In this document: one piece after another, positions 10,056-21,044 of the stretch
Position numbering within the stretch: the stretch's first letter is position 1
Layout of the letters: each line of letters begins with the position of its first letter
DNA from: an uncultured Bacteroidales bacterium
Lineage (GTDB): Bacteria; Bacteroidota; Bacteroidia; Bacteroidales; UBA932
Assembly (NCBI GenBank): GCA_944326305.1
Contig: CALVDL010000006.1
Location: forward strand, 3,538 to 67,537
Reading direction: 5' to 3'
DNA: 64,000 bases
The notes under the pieces: generated by a model
The model's input: the letters and a program-made list of their open reading frames with translations, nothing else
Databases searched by the model: none
Told to the model about the DNA's origin: nothing
Translations under genes and position numbers: made by a program

Positions 10056-10781
10056 ATGGACAGCAAGGTCGTCATCATTCCGACTTATAATGAAAAAGAG
10101 AACATAGAAAAAATCATACGTGCTGTGTTCTCGCTTGAAGGGGATTACCATATACTTGTAATAGAGGACGGCTCTCCGGACGGTACGGCAGGTATTGTAA
10201 AAAAGCTCCAGGAGGAGTTTCCTGAAAGGCTTTTCATGATAGAAAGGGCAGGCAAACAGGGCCTCGGGACTGCCTATATCACCGGATTCAAATGGTCTAT
10301 TGAACACGGATATGATTTCATCTTTGAAATGGATGCGGATTTCTCGCACAACCCGGACGACCTTCCGCGGCTCTACAACACATGCAAAGACGGGGCGGAT
10401 CTCGCCATCGGCTCCAGATACTGCGACGGAATCAGCGTCATCAACTGGCCCATAGGCAGGGTAATCATGTCATACTATGCATCCGTCTATGTACGTAAAG
10501 TCTTGGGTATGAAAGTATACGACACCACTGCCGGATTCAAGTGCTACAAAAGGAAAGTCCTTGAAACCATTGATCTTGACAATGTCAGGATGAAGGGCTA
10601 CGGCTTCCAGATAGAGATGAAGTACACCACCTACCGCCTCGGCTTCAAGATAGTGGAGGTGCCGATAATATTCGTCGACAGAAAGGAAGGGACCTCGAAG
10701 ATGAGCAGCGGCATATTCGGTGAAGCGTTCTGGGGCGTACTTAAAATGAGAATGAGAAAATTCAAACCGAGAAAAATATGA
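10056..10781 (+). CDS. Polyprenol monophosphomannose synthase-like GT2 glycosyltransferase
   Basis: VIIPTYNEKENI, EDGSPDGT, GLGTAY, EMDADFSHNP and DTTAGFKCY motifs. Confidence 0.92.
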   Translation: MDSKVVIIPTYNEKENIEKIIRAVFSLEGDYHILVIEDGSPDGTAGIVKKLQEEFPERLFMIERAGKQGLGTAYITGFKWSIEHGYDFIFEMDADFSHNPDDLPRLYNTCKDGADLAIGSRYCDGISVINWPIGRVIMSYYASVYVRKVLGMKVYDTTAGFKCYKRKVLETIDLDNVRMKGYGFQIEMKYTTYRLGFKIVEVPIIFVDRKEGTSKMSSGIFGEAFWGVLKMRMRKFKPRKI

Positions 10782-12193
10782 TCCAGGAATCCTGTATCCT
10801 TCTGTACAATGCCTCTATCGTATCATCAGATGGGGTCAGAGCCGGGGCGGTCGGCATCCGGAACGAGAGAATCAGCAATGTATGGTATGCCGGAGATGAC
10901 GGCACGGTAGAATTCGGAGGAAAACACATACCGGCCAAGGAGCTGCCGTCAGCATTTCTGGAGATGTACCCGGGAGCTGAAGCCACCGATACGGCAGGCA
11001 AGCTGCTTATGGCCGGTGGGATAGACGCCCACGTGCATTTCAGGGAACCGGGGCTTACAGCAAAGGCTGACATCTCGAGCGAATCATCGGCGGCTGTCCT
11101 TGGAGGCGTGACTTCATTCATCGACATGCCGAACACAACGCCGCCTACAGTATCCGCAGCAAGGTTGTCAGAGAAACTCGCGATCGCCGAAGGAAGGTCC
11201 TACGCAAACTACGGGTTCCATCTGGGGGCCACAAACAACAATTCAGAGGAGATCCGCGCCCTTGCCGGGTCGGAGGATTTCGCCGGAATAAAGGTTTTCA
11301 TGGGCTCATCGACCGGGAATATGCTCGTGGATAACGATTCTGCACTGAAAGACATCTTCCATATAAAAGGGAAAAGGGTACTTGTGCACTGCGAAGACGA
11401 AAGCATCATAAGGGAGAATATGCAGAAGGCCATAGAGCGATACGGTGAAGCAATCCCTTTCCGGGCCCACGAAGAAATACGCAGCCGGAGAGCCTGCATA
11501 AGATCGGCAGCGAAAGCGCTGGAAATGGCCATTGAATACGGCACCCGGCTCCATCTGCTGCACGTCAGCACAGCAGAGGAAATCGAGATGGTTCGTGCAG
11601 CCAAACAAATAAACAGGGAGATAACAGCCGAAACTTCCGCAAACTACCTGTGGTTCTGCGACAGTGACTACGACACTCTCGGGAGCAAAGTGAAATGCAA
11701 CCCGTCCATAAAGACAGCCAGGGACAGGGATGCCTTGCGTGAGGCCCTGAAAGACGGGATCATAGATACGGTCGGTTCCGACCATGCGCCACATCTGGAG
11801 AGCGAGAAGCTGAGGCCATACCTCTACGCCCCATCAGGGATACCGTCAATCCAGCACAGCCTTCCGGTATTGCTGACTGTCGCACAGCAGGAGGACATAC
11901 CGGTAGAGAGGATAGCTTCCGCATTCTCGGAAAAGCCGGCGGAACTCTTCGGCATCAAAGACAGGGGCGCCATAAAGGAAGGATACTACGCCGATATAGT
12001 CATAGTAGACCCAGAATGCCGGTTTACTCCTGTACGTGACGACCTGAGATACAAATGCGGCTGGACCCCTTACGAAGGAGCTGAACTGAAAGGCAAGGTC
12101 GACACGGTATTCGTCAATGGAAAGAAGGCCGTCAGCAAAGGCAGGCTGACAACTGAAGGACCGGCCGGGAACAAACTGGTTTTCAAAAATTAA
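10778..12193 (+). CDS. pyrC: Dihydroorotase
   Basis: GGIDAHVHFREPG, DMPNT, KVFMGSSTG, KCNPSIK and SDHAPH motifs. 4-nt overlap with the upstream gene. Confidence 0.9.
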   Translation: MIQESCILLYNASIVSSDGVRAGAVGIRNERISNVWYAGDDGTVEFGGKHIPAKELPSAFLEMYPGAEATDTAGKLLMAGGIDAHVHFREPGLTAKADISSESSAAVLGGVTSFIDMPNTTPPTVSAARLSEKLAIAEGRSYANYGFHLGATNNNSEEIRALAGSEDFAGIKVFMGSSTGNMLVDNDSALKDIFHIKGKRVLVHCEDESIIRENMQKAIERYGEAIPFRAHEEIRSRRACIRSAAKALEMAIEYGTRLHLLHVSTAEEIEMVRAAKQINREITAETSANYLWFCDSDYDTLGSKVKCNPSIKTARDRDALREALKDGIIDTVGSDHAPHLESEKLRPYLYAPSGIPSIQHSLPVLLTVAQQEDIPVERIASAFSEKPAELFGIKDRGAIKEGYYADIVIVDPECRFTPVRDDLRYKCGWTPYEGAELKGKVDTVFVNGKKAVSKGRLTTEGPAGNKLVFKN

Positions 12194-12196
12194 CGC

Positions 12197-13147
12197 ATGA
12201 AATACAGATCATTGAAAAACGGACTTGAAAACAACTCTAAAATACTGATTTACACTGTCTCCCTATTTGCCATAATCCTCTGGGGCATATCCTATATCTG
12301 GACCAACCGGCTGATATCCCTGGATATACCGGTCACCTATTTCGTCTTTATCAGGATACTGCTTGCAGGATTCGTGCTTTTCCTGCTGAATGCTGCAAGC
12401 GGTAGAATCGCGAAAATAAAAAGAAAAGACATACCCAAATTCCTGCTGCTGGCCTTCTTCGAGCCGTTCATCTATTTCATCTGTGAGTCTTACGGAGTCA
12501 AGGAAACCGGCTCCCCTACCCTGAGCGCCATGATCATAGCAACCATACCGATTTTTTCGGTAGGGGCAGGCATAATCTTTTTCAGGGAAAAAGTGAATTT
12601 CGTGAACATTGTCGGAATACTGCTATGCCTGCTGGGCATAGTGCTGGTAGTTATGAGCAAAGGAGAGCTGGGACGGCACTTTGTAATAGGCATAGTACTG
12701 CTCTTGATAGCTGTCATAAGCGAAGTAGGGCACGCTTCCGTAACAAAAAGCCTGTCAGGAAACTATTCAAGCCAGGTGATAGTCATGTACCAGTTCCTGA
12801 TAGGCTCGGTATACCTGCTGCCCCTTTTTATCTTCAAGGGGGTCAGCGACTTTTCTCCGAGATACCTATCCGCTGAAGTATGGTATCCGATAATCTGTCT
12901 CTCGGTACTATGCTCAAGCCTTGCCTTCTCTTTGTGGGTCAGCACGATAAAAAGCCTCGGAGTGGCCAAATCAAGCATTTTTTCCGCCCTGATTCCAGTC
13001 GTGGCCGCAATCGTGGCCTGGATACTCGGGCATGAGGAACTGAACCTGAGGCAGTTTATCGGCATAGCCATTTCGGCAGCAGGCGTGGTGCTGTCCCAGT
13101 ATACAAAAGCGCCGGACTTGAAGTCCGGCGCCGGGTCTGACGATTGA
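12197..13147 (+). CDS. DMT/EamA family transporter
   Basis: 316 aa, about 10 hydrophobic helices in two EamA-like repeats (LWGISY, LIPVVAAIVAWILGHE). Confidence 0.88.
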   Translation: MKYRSLKNGLENNSKILIYTVSLFAIILWGISYIWTNRLISLDIPVTYFVFIRILLAGFVLFLLNAASGRIAKIKRKDIPKFLLLAFFEPFIYFICESYGVKETGSPTLSAMIIATIPIFSVGAGIIFFREKVNFVNIVGILLCLLGIVLVVMSKGELGRHFVIGIVLLLIAVISEVGHASVTKSLSGNYSSQVIVMYQFLIGSVYLLPLFIFKGVSDFSPRYLSAEVWYPIICLSVLCSSLAFSLWVSTIKSLGVAKSSIFSALIPVVAAIVAWILGHEELNLRQFIGIAISAAGVVLSQYTKAPDLKSGAGSDD

Positions 13148-13151
13148 AAAC

Positions 13152-16136
13152 CTACCTGCGGGGAGGCCCCATAGGACCGTGGCCGTGGCCTGAACCGCCG
13201 CCCGGACCTCCGAATGTACCGAACCTGTAGGTCAGGGACAGGATAATATAGCGTCCCAGCGTGTTGTTCCTCGTTTCAAGGTGGTAGTTTGAGGCATCCG
13301 ACACAGACAGGTTCTTTGACTGGTTCAATATATCGTATGCCTTGACTGCAAGCGTGAACTTATCCTTGAACAGCAGCTTGGATATTTCCGCATTGAGGAC
13401 GAACTCATCTTCCTGCGGAGTAGTGTATCCGTTGTACCAGTTGTAGTCCAGGTCGGAAACCAGGCCGAACCCTTCCGGAAGTGTCCAGTTCATGGAGAAG
13501 TCAAGCTGGTTGTTCCATGTGGCCCTCTGATTGGAAGAGGATATGGTGTACCATGACTTGGAAAATCTTGTGCGGCCACCTACGTTCAGTTCCACCAGGT
13601 CACTCCTGAACGTGAAACGGAGGCGCTGCGTAAAACTTACAGACTGGGTCTTGTTCTGGGTGAACATGTCGGACCCGTGGTCCAGGAAATCCTCATGGAA
13701 CAGGGCATAATCGAATTCCGCATTGTCAGAATCATAATACTTTTCCGTTTCAAAGGCCCCGGTCTTGCCGATATAGGAAGAAGCCTCGTTATACCTGGCG
13801 AACGTCATGGAAAAGATGGAGAACTTGGAGTTCCTTCCGAACGGGCTGCTGACCATCACATTCGCATCCACCGAGCCGGACATAGGGCCGTTCACCGGAA
13901 TTGAATACTGCGCCCCATTGTCATCATACCACTGTGCGTTCACTATCCCGTCCTGGACGAGGCTCGCCCCCAGACGGCCGTGGACAGAGGTGAATGTCTC
14001 CCTGTTTGTATATCCGAACATACCCCTTATATTGTGGTTGAAGTAAGGGAGCAGGTACGGGTTACCGAGAGAAACATCCAAAGGGTCCGAATTGTCCGGG
14101 ACAGGCATAAGCTGTGAGGTGGACGGCTGTGACGAACGTCCGAAATAGAACATGCGCACCATGGTATTGTCGTCTATGTCATAGCTGAGCATCGCCTCTG
14201 GAGACCAGTTCAGCACCTTGCTGTCATACGTCTCGCCGTTGGTCTCGTTGTGAGTATTGGTAGGGCGCACAGAAGCTCCGAGCTGTGCCCTCAGCTTGTC
14301 TTTCTGGTACATGAAATTAAGTCCGGCACTCTGGTTTATATAGCGGTTGAGGATGTCGTTTGAGTATGTGGCGTCATAGGTCTCCCCCGCCGGGTTGTAA
14401 TTGAGGATACTGTTGGCATAGTCAAGGTTGTCAGACGGATCACCGCCGCTGTTATAGGTCTCTTTCAGGGATTTGCTGATATTGTAGCTGAAAGAGTAGT
14501 TCGCCTCCAGATAGAAGTCGTGGCCGAGAGGCTCGGTATATACAACCCTCGCAGAAACCGAAGAATTCCGGGAATTCCTGTCATATCTCTGGTTGATGAT
14601 TGAATCCTGATATGACTCTTCCTCGTAAGTTCTTGTCAATGACTGGTTGAAACCATTAAGGTCGTTATTGCTGAAATTGTAGTTGAACATAGCGGAAACA
14701 GTACGTCCGGCCTTTCCGAGCCTCTGTCTGAAAAGGAGGAAACCGCTTGCCGTCCAGTTCTTGTTATAGCCGTTGTTGTTGCTGAAACCTTCATTTGTCT
14801 TTGTCACCGTCCCCGAGCCGTTGTCGCTGCTGGTAATGAAGTCGGAAAACTCGGAATAGTCCCCTGTCCCGAAATTGAACCGCGGTTCAAAGAGGATGGA
14901 AGTGTTCTCTGAAAACTTATGGTCGATACGGACTCCGAAGCGGTGCCCCTGGCTGCTGGAATTGTTGTAACCGTTGTTGTCATAGATGAGCGAGCTTCCG
15001 TCATCCAGATATGTTGTCCTGGAACTCTGCTCCTCAACATATCTGCGGGACCCTCCATACATGTAATTGGCGTTGAGCTCCATATTGTCATCAAGCAGGT
15101 CGAATGCGCTGTTGACACCGGCCATCCAGGATGTAGTGATGCCGTTGTTTCTCCACCCGCCTGTCCCGCGGCCCATTCCCCTCGATCCCCGCATGGTCTG
15201 CATCATGCTGGAGGACATGTCGTTGAAGCCACGGTTGTTGGTATTGTTGGCATTGAGAATTATGCTGATCTGGCTTTTCTTCCTGAACTGGCCAACCATT
15301 CCTGCCCCCTGGTAGCGCCAGCCGTCTTCGGCAGGAGTAAGGTCCCCTGTATAATAACCTTTGTCCGGAAGGTCGTGCCCTCCCCCGGCCATCAGGTTCC
15401 CGAACCACCCGTCCATCATGCCTGGCTTTATGGAAAGGTCTATCACGTGCTCCTCCTCTCCGTCATCGATGCCTGTGAATTCAGCCTGTTCAGACTTCTT
15501 TTCGACAACCTTTACCTTGTTCACAATCTTTGCCGGGATATTCTTTGTCGCAAGCTGCGGATCGTCAAGGAAGAACTCCTTTCCGTCAATCATGATTTTG
15601 GTGATGGTCTCCCCGTTGGCCGTGATCGTACCGTCAGAATCCACCTCGACACCAGGAAGTTTCTTCAGGAGTTCCTCGAGCATGTCATTGTCGGAAGTCT
15701 TGAATGATGCGGCACTGTATTCGATGGTGTCCTTTTTCACTATGATAGGGTTACCGATGGCCTCAACGGTAGCGGCTTCAAGCATTTCAGTATCCGGATC
15801 CATTTTTACAGTCCCGAGGTCAAGGCTCTTGTCAACAGTAAGTTCCGAAGAATAGGACTTGTAGCCGAGAAGGTCCACCTTCAGGATATAGTTCCCTTTG
15901 GGAAGGGAGGAGAGGACGGCTTCACCGCCCTCGGTGCTCAATACATATTTAAGAGGAGTGGTGCCGCCTTTCGCCGTGAGGGAAACCGTGGCGAACGGGA
16001 CCGCCTCACCTGTCTTGGAATCAGACAGCTTCACTTTTACCGAAAAGCCAGACTGGGCATATACTGAAACACCCAACACCAACAGAATCAATACGATAAG
16101 ACACCTTTTAAAGATGAATCCCGCTTCTTTTTCCAT
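13152..16136 (-). CDS. Large outer-membrane beta-barrel protein with N-terminal CarboxypepD_reg-like domain (TonB-receptor-like)
   Basis: 994 aa. Signal peptide, KKDTIEYSAASF and LLKKLPGVEVDSDG plug-like motifs, C-terminal LGRYIILSLTYRFG with a Gly/Pro tail. Confidence 0.8.
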   Translation of the reverse strand: MEKEAGFIFKRCLIVLILLVLGVSVYAQSGFSVKVKLSDSKTGEAVPFATVSLTAKGGTTPLKYVLSTEGGEAVLSSLPKGNYILKVDLLGYKSYSSELTVDKSLDLGTVKMDPDTEMLEAATVEAIGNPIIVKKDTIEYSAASFKTSDNDMLEELLKKLPGVEVDSDGTITANGETITKIMIDGKEFFLDDPQLATKNIPAKIVNKVKVVEKKSEQAEFTGIDDGEEEHVIDLSIKPGMMDGWFGNLMAGGGHDLPDKGYYTGDLTPAEDGWRYQGAGMVGQFRKKSQISIILNANNTNNRGFNDMSSSMMQTMRGSRGMGRGTGGWRNNGITTSWMAGVNSAFDLLDDNMELNANYMYGGSRRYVEEQSSRTTYLDDGSSLIYDNNGYNNSSSQGHRFGVRIDHKFSENTSILFEPRFNFGTGDYSEFSDFITSSDNGSGTVTKTNEGFSNNNGYNKNWTASGFLLFRQRLGKAGRTVSAMFNYNFSNNDLNGFNQSLTRTYEEESYQDSIINQRYDRNSRNSSVSARVVYTEPLGHDFYLEANYSFSYNISKSLKETYNSGGDPSDNLDYANSILNYNPAGETYDATYSNDILNRYINQSAGLNFMYQKDKLRAQLGASVRPTNTHNETNGETYDSKVLNWSPEAMLSYDIDDNTMVRMFYFGRSSQPSTSQLMPVPDNSDPLDVSLGNPYLLPYFNHNIRGMFGYTNRETFTSVHGRLGASLVQDGIVNAQWYDDNGAQYSIPVNGPMSGSVDANVMVSSPFGRNSKFSIFSMTFARYNEASSYIGKTGAFETEKYYDSDNAEFDYALFHEDFLDHGSDMFTQNKTQSVSFTQRLRFTFRSDLVELNVGGRTRFSKSWYTISSSNQRATWNNQLDFSMNWTLPEGFGLVSDLDYNWYNGYTTPQEDEFVLNAEISKLLFKDKFTLAVKAYDILNQSKNLSVSDASNYHLETRNNTLGRYIILSLTYRFGTFGGPGGGSGHGHGPMGPPRR

Positions 16137-16221
16137 TTGTCAAATCCGTTTTATTCTTTCTTTCAACAAAAACACCGGAAATTAGACGCTTCACCCTTCA
16201 AGAAGTTTAAAAGCGACTGTA

Positions 16222-16788
16222 TCATTTTTTTATCCTGCCCGGATTGTCCATGATGAACTTCTCCCATCCGGACGAGCTCCTGGATTCTTTGACCGGAGCC
16301 GTCAGCTGGTAGTAATGGCACAGGGCTATCGCCAACGCATCTGTCGCATCAAGATAGTCCGGGGAAAGGTCTATATTGAGGATCTTGCGTATCATATTGC
16401 ATACCTGTTCCTTGGATGCCGAACCTATTCCGGTGATGGCGATCTTCGCCTTTCTCGGGGCATATTCCTCCACTGGAATCCCCCTGTGCAGGGCCGCCGT
16501 TATGGCCGCCCCCTGGGCCCTTCCGAGTTTCAGTATGACCTGGGCGTTTTTTCCATAGAACGGGGATTCTATCGCCACATAGTCAGGCTGATACCGGTCC
16601 ATTATCTGGCCCGTGGCCGTAAATATCGTGTCCAGTTTCTTGAAATTGTCCTTTTCCTTCCTCATGTCGATGGTACCCATAGTGACATATCCGGGACCGC
16701 CAGGACCAACGACAATGACCCCGTAACCCATAATATTGGTTCCGGGGTCAATACCCATTATGACTTTATCGAGAAGCCGGACTTTCAT
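16222..16788 (-). CDS. ruvC: Crossover junction endodeoxyribonuclease RuvC
   Basis: IMGIDPG, AIESPF, LGRAQG, GSASKEQV and DATDALAIALCH motifs. Confidence 0.96.
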   Translation of the reverse strand: MKVRLLDKVIMGIDPGTNIMGYGVIVVGPGGPGYVTMGTIDMRKEKDNFKKLDTIFTATGQIMDRYQPDYVAIESPFYGKNAQVILKLGRAQGAAITAALHRGIPVEEYAPRKAKIAITGIGSASKEQVCNMIRKILNIDLSPDYLDATDALAIALCHYYQLTAPVKESRSSSGWEKFIMDNPGRIKK

Positions 16789-16800
16789 AATATGTCCCGG

Positions 16801-18069
16801 CTAAATTACATCAAATCCTGCATAAGGCCGCAGCGCTTCAGGGATAATGATATGGCCGTCCTTCTGGCAGTCTTCGAGCAGAGCGGCGACCACACGGGGA
16901 AGAGCAAGTGAACTGCCGTTGAGCGTATGGGCGAGCTGTGTCTTCCCGTCAGCATCCCTGTATCTGAGTTTCAGACGGTTGGCCTGATATGACTCGAAAT
17001 TGGAAACAGAGCTTATCTCCAGCCACCTGCCCTGGGCTGCAGAATATACCTCGAAATCATATGTAATGGCTGATGTGAAACTCAGGTCTCCGCCGCAGAG
17101 CCTGAGGATCCGGTAAGGCAGGCCGAGCCTGTTTACGATGCCCTCGACATGTGCGACCATCTCGTCCAGGGCAGCATATGAATTCTCCGGTTTTTCAATC
17201 CGGACTATCTCCACCTTGTCAAACTGATGGAGCCTGTTCAGCCCGCGCACATCCTTTCCGTAAGAGCCGGCCTCCCTGCGGAAGCATGGCGTGTAGGCTG
17301 TCATCTTTATAGGGAAATCATTCTCATTCAGGATGACATCCCTGTAAATGTTGGTCACAGGGACCTCTGCTGTAGGCACCAGATAGAAATTGTCAAGGGT
17401 GGCATGGTACATCTGTCCCTCCTTGTCGGGAAGCTGCCCCGTGCCGAAGCCAGACGCCTCATTGACCATCACAGGAGGCTCCACCTCAAGATATCCGGCT
17501 GCGGTATTGATATCAAGGAACATGTTAATGAGGGCCCTCTGGAGCCTTGCCCCTTTGCCCTTATATACAGGAAAACCAGCTCCTGTCAGTTTGACCCCGA
17601 GATCGAAGTCAATGATGTCCAGCTGCTTTGCCAGCTCCCAATGAGGAAGCGCGTCAGGGCCGAGCTCCGGTGTCTGTCCGCCCATCTTGACCACCAGGTT
17701 CTCACTGGAGTCTTTTCCCTCAGGCACAAGGTCACAAGGTATGTTAGGGAGGAGGACAAGCAGGGACATCAGTTCCTCGTTGTTTTTGTCGGATGATGCC
17801 TCAAGTTCTTTGGAGCGCTCTTTCAATGAGGACACTTCACTTTTTGCGGCCTCTGCCTCCGCCTTTTTCCCTTCCTTCATCAGCGCCCCTATCTGTGCCG
17901 CCTTCTGTTTCTGTTCAGAAAGACAAAGGTCCAGTTTCTGCTGGAGTTCCCTGCGGCTCTTGTCAAGGGCGACAATTTTCTCTACTATTTCCCGTGCATC
18001 GAAATGCTTGACTGCAAGTTTCTTGATCACAAATTCAGGATCTTCACGCAGCAATTTCAGTGTTAGCAT
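16801..18069 (-). CDS. serS: Serine--tRNA ligase
   Basis: N-terminal coiled coil, LVPTAEVP, FRREAG, RLHQFDKVE, EISSVSN and HTLNGS motifs. Confidence 0.98.
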   Translation of the reverse strand: MLTLKLLREDPEFVIKKLAVKHFDAREIVEKIVALDKSRRELQQKLDLCLSEQKQKAAQIGALMKEGKKAEAEAAKSEVSSLKERSKELEASSDKNNEELMSLLVLLPNIPCDLVPEGKDSSENLVVKMGGQTPELGPDALPHWELAKQLDIIDFDLGVKLTGAGFPVYKGKGARLQRALINMFLDINTAAGYLEVEPPVMVNEASGFGTGQLPDKEGQMYHATLDNFYLVPTAEVPVTNIYRDVILNENDFPIKMTAYTPCFRREAGSYGKDVRGLNRLHQFDKVEIVRIEKPENSYAALDEMVAHVEGIVNRLGLPYRILRLCGGDLSFTSAITYDFEVYSAAQGRWLEISSVSNFESYQANRLKLRYRDADGKTQLAHTLNGSSLALPRVVAALLEDCQKDGHIIIPEALRPYAGFDVI

Positions 18070-18097
18070 GATATGATACTTTTTCTACTGTTCCGAA

Positions 18098-18146
18098 TAA
18101 AAAACAAGAGGGCTGCCTAACTCACCCGGAGCTGCAGTCCTCTTTT
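18098..18146 (-). terminator. Intrinsic terminator after rplU-rpmA
   Basis: Minus-strand stem AAGAGGACTGC/GCAGCCCTCTT (one mismatch) followed by a T run. Confidence 0.6.
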
Positions 18147-18168
18147 CACCTTCATAAATCCCCGAGTC

Positions 18169-18429
18169 TTAGTTCTCAAACGGAATGACCGAGACATAGG
18201 ATTTATTTTCAGCCTTCTTGCAGAATGCCACTTTTCCGTCCACAAGGGCATAAAGGGTATGATCCCTTCCCATACCTACGTTCGCGCCCGGGTTGTGTAC
18301 AGTACCCCTCTGACGCACGAGGATGTTACCGGCTTTTACCACCTGGCCTCCGAACTTCTTGAGACCCAGACGTTTGCTATGCGATTCACGACCGTTCTTG
18401 GAACTACCGACGCCTTTTTTATGTGCCAT
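18169..18429 (-). CDS. rpmA: 50S ribosomal protein bL27
   Basis: [32 protein letters not shown]. Confidence 0.99.
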   Translation of the reverse strand: MAHKKGVGSSKNGRESHSKRLGLKKFGGQVVKAGNILVRQRGTVHNPGANVGMGRDHTLYALVDGKVAFCKKAENKSYVSVIPFEN

Positions 18430-18455
18430 AATTCAATTCCTCCTCTAAACGTTAA

Positions 18456-18767
18456 TTAAGCGATCTCGTTAATCTGAAGTTTCGTAAGGTCCTGACGATG
18501 ACCAGTCAGTTTCTGGTATCCTTTACGACGTTTTTTCTTGAAAACCAGAACTTTCTTACCTCTGCAGGTATCGTCGAGAACGGTAGCCTTCACTACTGCA
18601 CCCTCTACGTATGGAGCGCCTACCTTGACAGCCCCGTCTGCATCTACCAGAAGCACTTTGTCGAACTCGACTGCAGCGCCTTTCTCCGCTGCAAGGCGGT
18701 TGACGAAAATTTCCATACCAGCTTCAACCTTGAACTGGTGTCCTGCAATATCTACAATTGCGTACAT
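18456..18767 (-). CDS. rplU: 50S ribosomal protein bL21
   Basis: [14 protein letters not shown]...[19 protein letters not shown] at 18767 is the likely start, not the longer track ORF. Confidence 0.98.
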   Translation of the reverse strand: MYAIVDIAGHQFKVEAGMEIFVNRLAAEKGAAVEFDKVLLVDADGAVKVGAPYVEGAVVKATVLDDTCRGKKVLVFKKKRRKGYQKLTGHRQDLTKLQINEIA

Positions 18768-18861
18768 AAAAATGAAAAACTTTAAAAGTTTCGACCTCAA
18801 GCGGGCACACAAGTACCTCTTAATCAATAGCTTGATAGCCATACATAATTTTACCGAGGTG

Positions 18862-18892
18862 CAAAGATAGCATTTTTCCCGATTCCGGCAAA
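18862..18892 (-). promoter_or_regulatory. Housekeeping promoter for rplU-rpmA
   Basis: Minus strand TTTG-N19-TATCTTTG. Confidence 0.75.
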
Positions 18893-18946
18893 ATAAAAAG
18901 GCACTTTTCCTTGCAGAAAAGTGCCCGTATAGTACATAAGGACAGA

Positions 18947-19687
18947 TTAGAAGTTGTATCCGAGGGTGATGGCGAATGTGCCGTTGTGCAGCTTGACATT
19001 ATTGTTGATTTCCTTTACGGCCATATTCACCAGTCCGAGGTCATATTTTATGCCGACATAATAATGCTCCCAAAGCGCTACACCCGCACCGAACGAAAGC
19101 CCGAAGTCGAATCGCTGCATATTGCCGCGGACCTTGTTGTCATCCGATTTCCCGAAAAAAGGAGTTGGCTCCTCATCCTTACCTGACTCGGTCTGACCAT
19201 CTTCCTCATATTTCCATTTGGCCCTCATGTTGCCGCCGAGACCTACACCGAAGTATGGACCGACATTTACATTGAGTTTTACGTTATCTACAATATCAGC
19301 CCTGAATGATGCAAGAACCGGGATTTCCATATATACAGGAAACATTGTAGTCACTTCCCTCACAGACCAGCCCTCACCGCTGTCCTTATAGACATCACGT
19401 GCACCTTTTGAAGAGAACATAAGTCCAGGCTGGACGTAGAATCCGTTTGTTACAGGTATTCCGACCACTCCTCCGACATGAAAACCGGCAAGAGATTTAA
19501 GGTCAGCCTTGACTGAAACCCCGCCTCCCGTGTATTTCCCGGCAATGTCAGAAATGTTCAGACCGGCACGGACACCCCATTCGATGCCACCTTTGTCATC
19601 ACTGCGGAACATGTCACGGAAACTTTGCGCATAAGACACAGTCGCGCACATCAGAACAGCTGCAGCTGCAGCAAATACTTTTTTCAT
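18947..19687 (-). CDS. Outer-membrane beta-barrel (porin/PorT-like) protein
   Basis: Signal peptide, [35 protein letters not shown]-terminal LGYNF. Confidence 0.85.
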   Translation of the reverse strand: MKKVFAAAAAVLMCATVSYAQSFRDMFRSDDKGGIEWGVRAGLNISDIAGKYTGGGVSVKADLKSLAGFHVGGVVGIPVTNGFYVQPGLMFSSKGARDVYKDSGEGWSVREVTTMFPVYMEIPVLASFRADIVDNVKLNVNVGPYFGVGLGGNMRAKWKYEEDGQTESGKDEEPTPFFGKSDDNKVRGNMQRFDFGLSFGAGVALWEHYYVGIKYDLGLVNMAVKEINNNVKLHNGTFAITLGYNF

Positions 19688-19880
19688 AAATCAGATAAAT
19701 CAGGCCCGCTGCAGCATAATGCGGACATGGTAAAACTTTACAGACCGGTGCGATGCTGCACGTTTTCACTACAACAAAAACGACACACTTCTGCCTTTAC
19801 GGCTGGACAAATATAGGGATTTTATATTACAAAAAACCAAAGTTTTCCTATTTTTGTATGATGAATTGAATTCAGATACA

Positions 19881-21044
19881 ATGGAAACGCCCTTTATCTA
19901 CAGCACATACGTAACCGGCAAGAATTTCATAGGCCGCAAGGTTGAATGCAATACAATGGGCAACCTTCTCAGCCGGCAGGAGAATGTGGTGATATACGCA
20001 CCTCCGAAGTCCGGCAAAAGATCACTCATCCAGCAGACACTATTCAATATGCGCCTCGCCGGCGGGCAGTTCATTGCCTGCGAGGTGAACCTATTCAACA
20101 TACGGAGCGCCGAGACCTTCCTCACACGTCTCGGGACGGCAGTCATCCGGTCCTGTTATTCCACACCGGCGGAATACGGGGATGTCATTTCAAGGATGCT
20201 CGAAGGCACTCACTTCGTCTTTGACCAGGAGAGGTTCGCCAGATACGATGAAGTGGTATCCCTCAACTGGGAGCCGGATGCCAACGACATAGACGCCATG
20301 CTCAGGCTCCCGGGAAAAATCGCGGAAGAGCGGGGGAACAGGATATTCATCATCATAGAGGAGTTCCAGAACCTGATGGAGGACGGGCGCTTCGAGACAA
20401 TATTCAGCCTGCTGAAGGAGGTGATGATGCAGAACAGCGGCACGGAAGACAGGAAATTCTGCTTCATTTTCTCCGGCTCGAAAGTCAATGCGATGAAATA
20501 CATTTTCGAGGACTACAAATATTTCTACCGCACTGTAGAACATGTTCCGATCACCCCAGTCGACGGACGCGACATAGTGGAGCATGTGATGCGCGGATTC
20601 CAGAACAGCGGGAAGGTCATTGAACAGGACATGATCCGCGCCAGCTGTGAACTGTTCCGCGGGAACCTGTGGTACATAAACCATTATATGGCCATCTGCG
20701 ATTCAATGACAAAAGGCTACATAAACGACGGGATACTGATGGAGGCGCTCAGGATGATGCTTTCCCTTCATGAACCGAGGTTCATGAGGATGATGTACAG
20801 CCTTACGGTATACCAGATTAATATGCTGAAGGCCATTCTGGACGGTGTGGTGAAATTCAGCGCCACCGAGGTCATCGAGAAATACGGGTTCAACTCCTCC
20901 GCCAATGTAAGGAGGGTCAAGGACGCCCTCTGCAAAAAAGAGATTGTGACCTTCAATGAAAGGGACGAAGCCCTGGTGCTCGACCCGCTGTTCGAACACT
21001 GGCTGCGCAAGTATTATTTTGAAATTCCTGAATTACAGCAATGA
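19881..21044 (+). CDS. AAA/archaeal-ATPase-like ATP-binding protein
   Basis: METPFIY...FIGRKVE start, Walker A-like APPKSGKRS, Walker B-like IIIEEFQ, C-terminal wHTH-like region with DPLFEHWL. Confidence 0.75.
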   Translation: METPFIYSTYVTGKNFIGRKVECNTMGNLLSRQENVVIYAPPKSGKRSLIQQTLFNMRLAGGQFIACEVNLFNIRSAETFLTRLGTAVIRSCYSTPAEYGDVISRMLEGTHFVFDQERFARYDEVVSLNWEPDANDIDAMLRLPGKIAEERGNRIFIIIEEFQNLMEDGRFETIFSLLKEVMMQNSGTEDRKFCFIFSGSKVNAMKYIFEDYKYFYRTVEHVPITPVDGRDIVEHVMRGFQNSGKVIEQDMIRASCELFRGNLWYINHYMAICDSMTKGYINDGILMEALRMMLSLHEPRFMRMMYSLTVYQINMLKAILDGVVKFSATEVIEKYGFNSSANVRRVKDALCKKEIVTFNERDEALVLDPLFEHWLRKYYFEIPELQQ

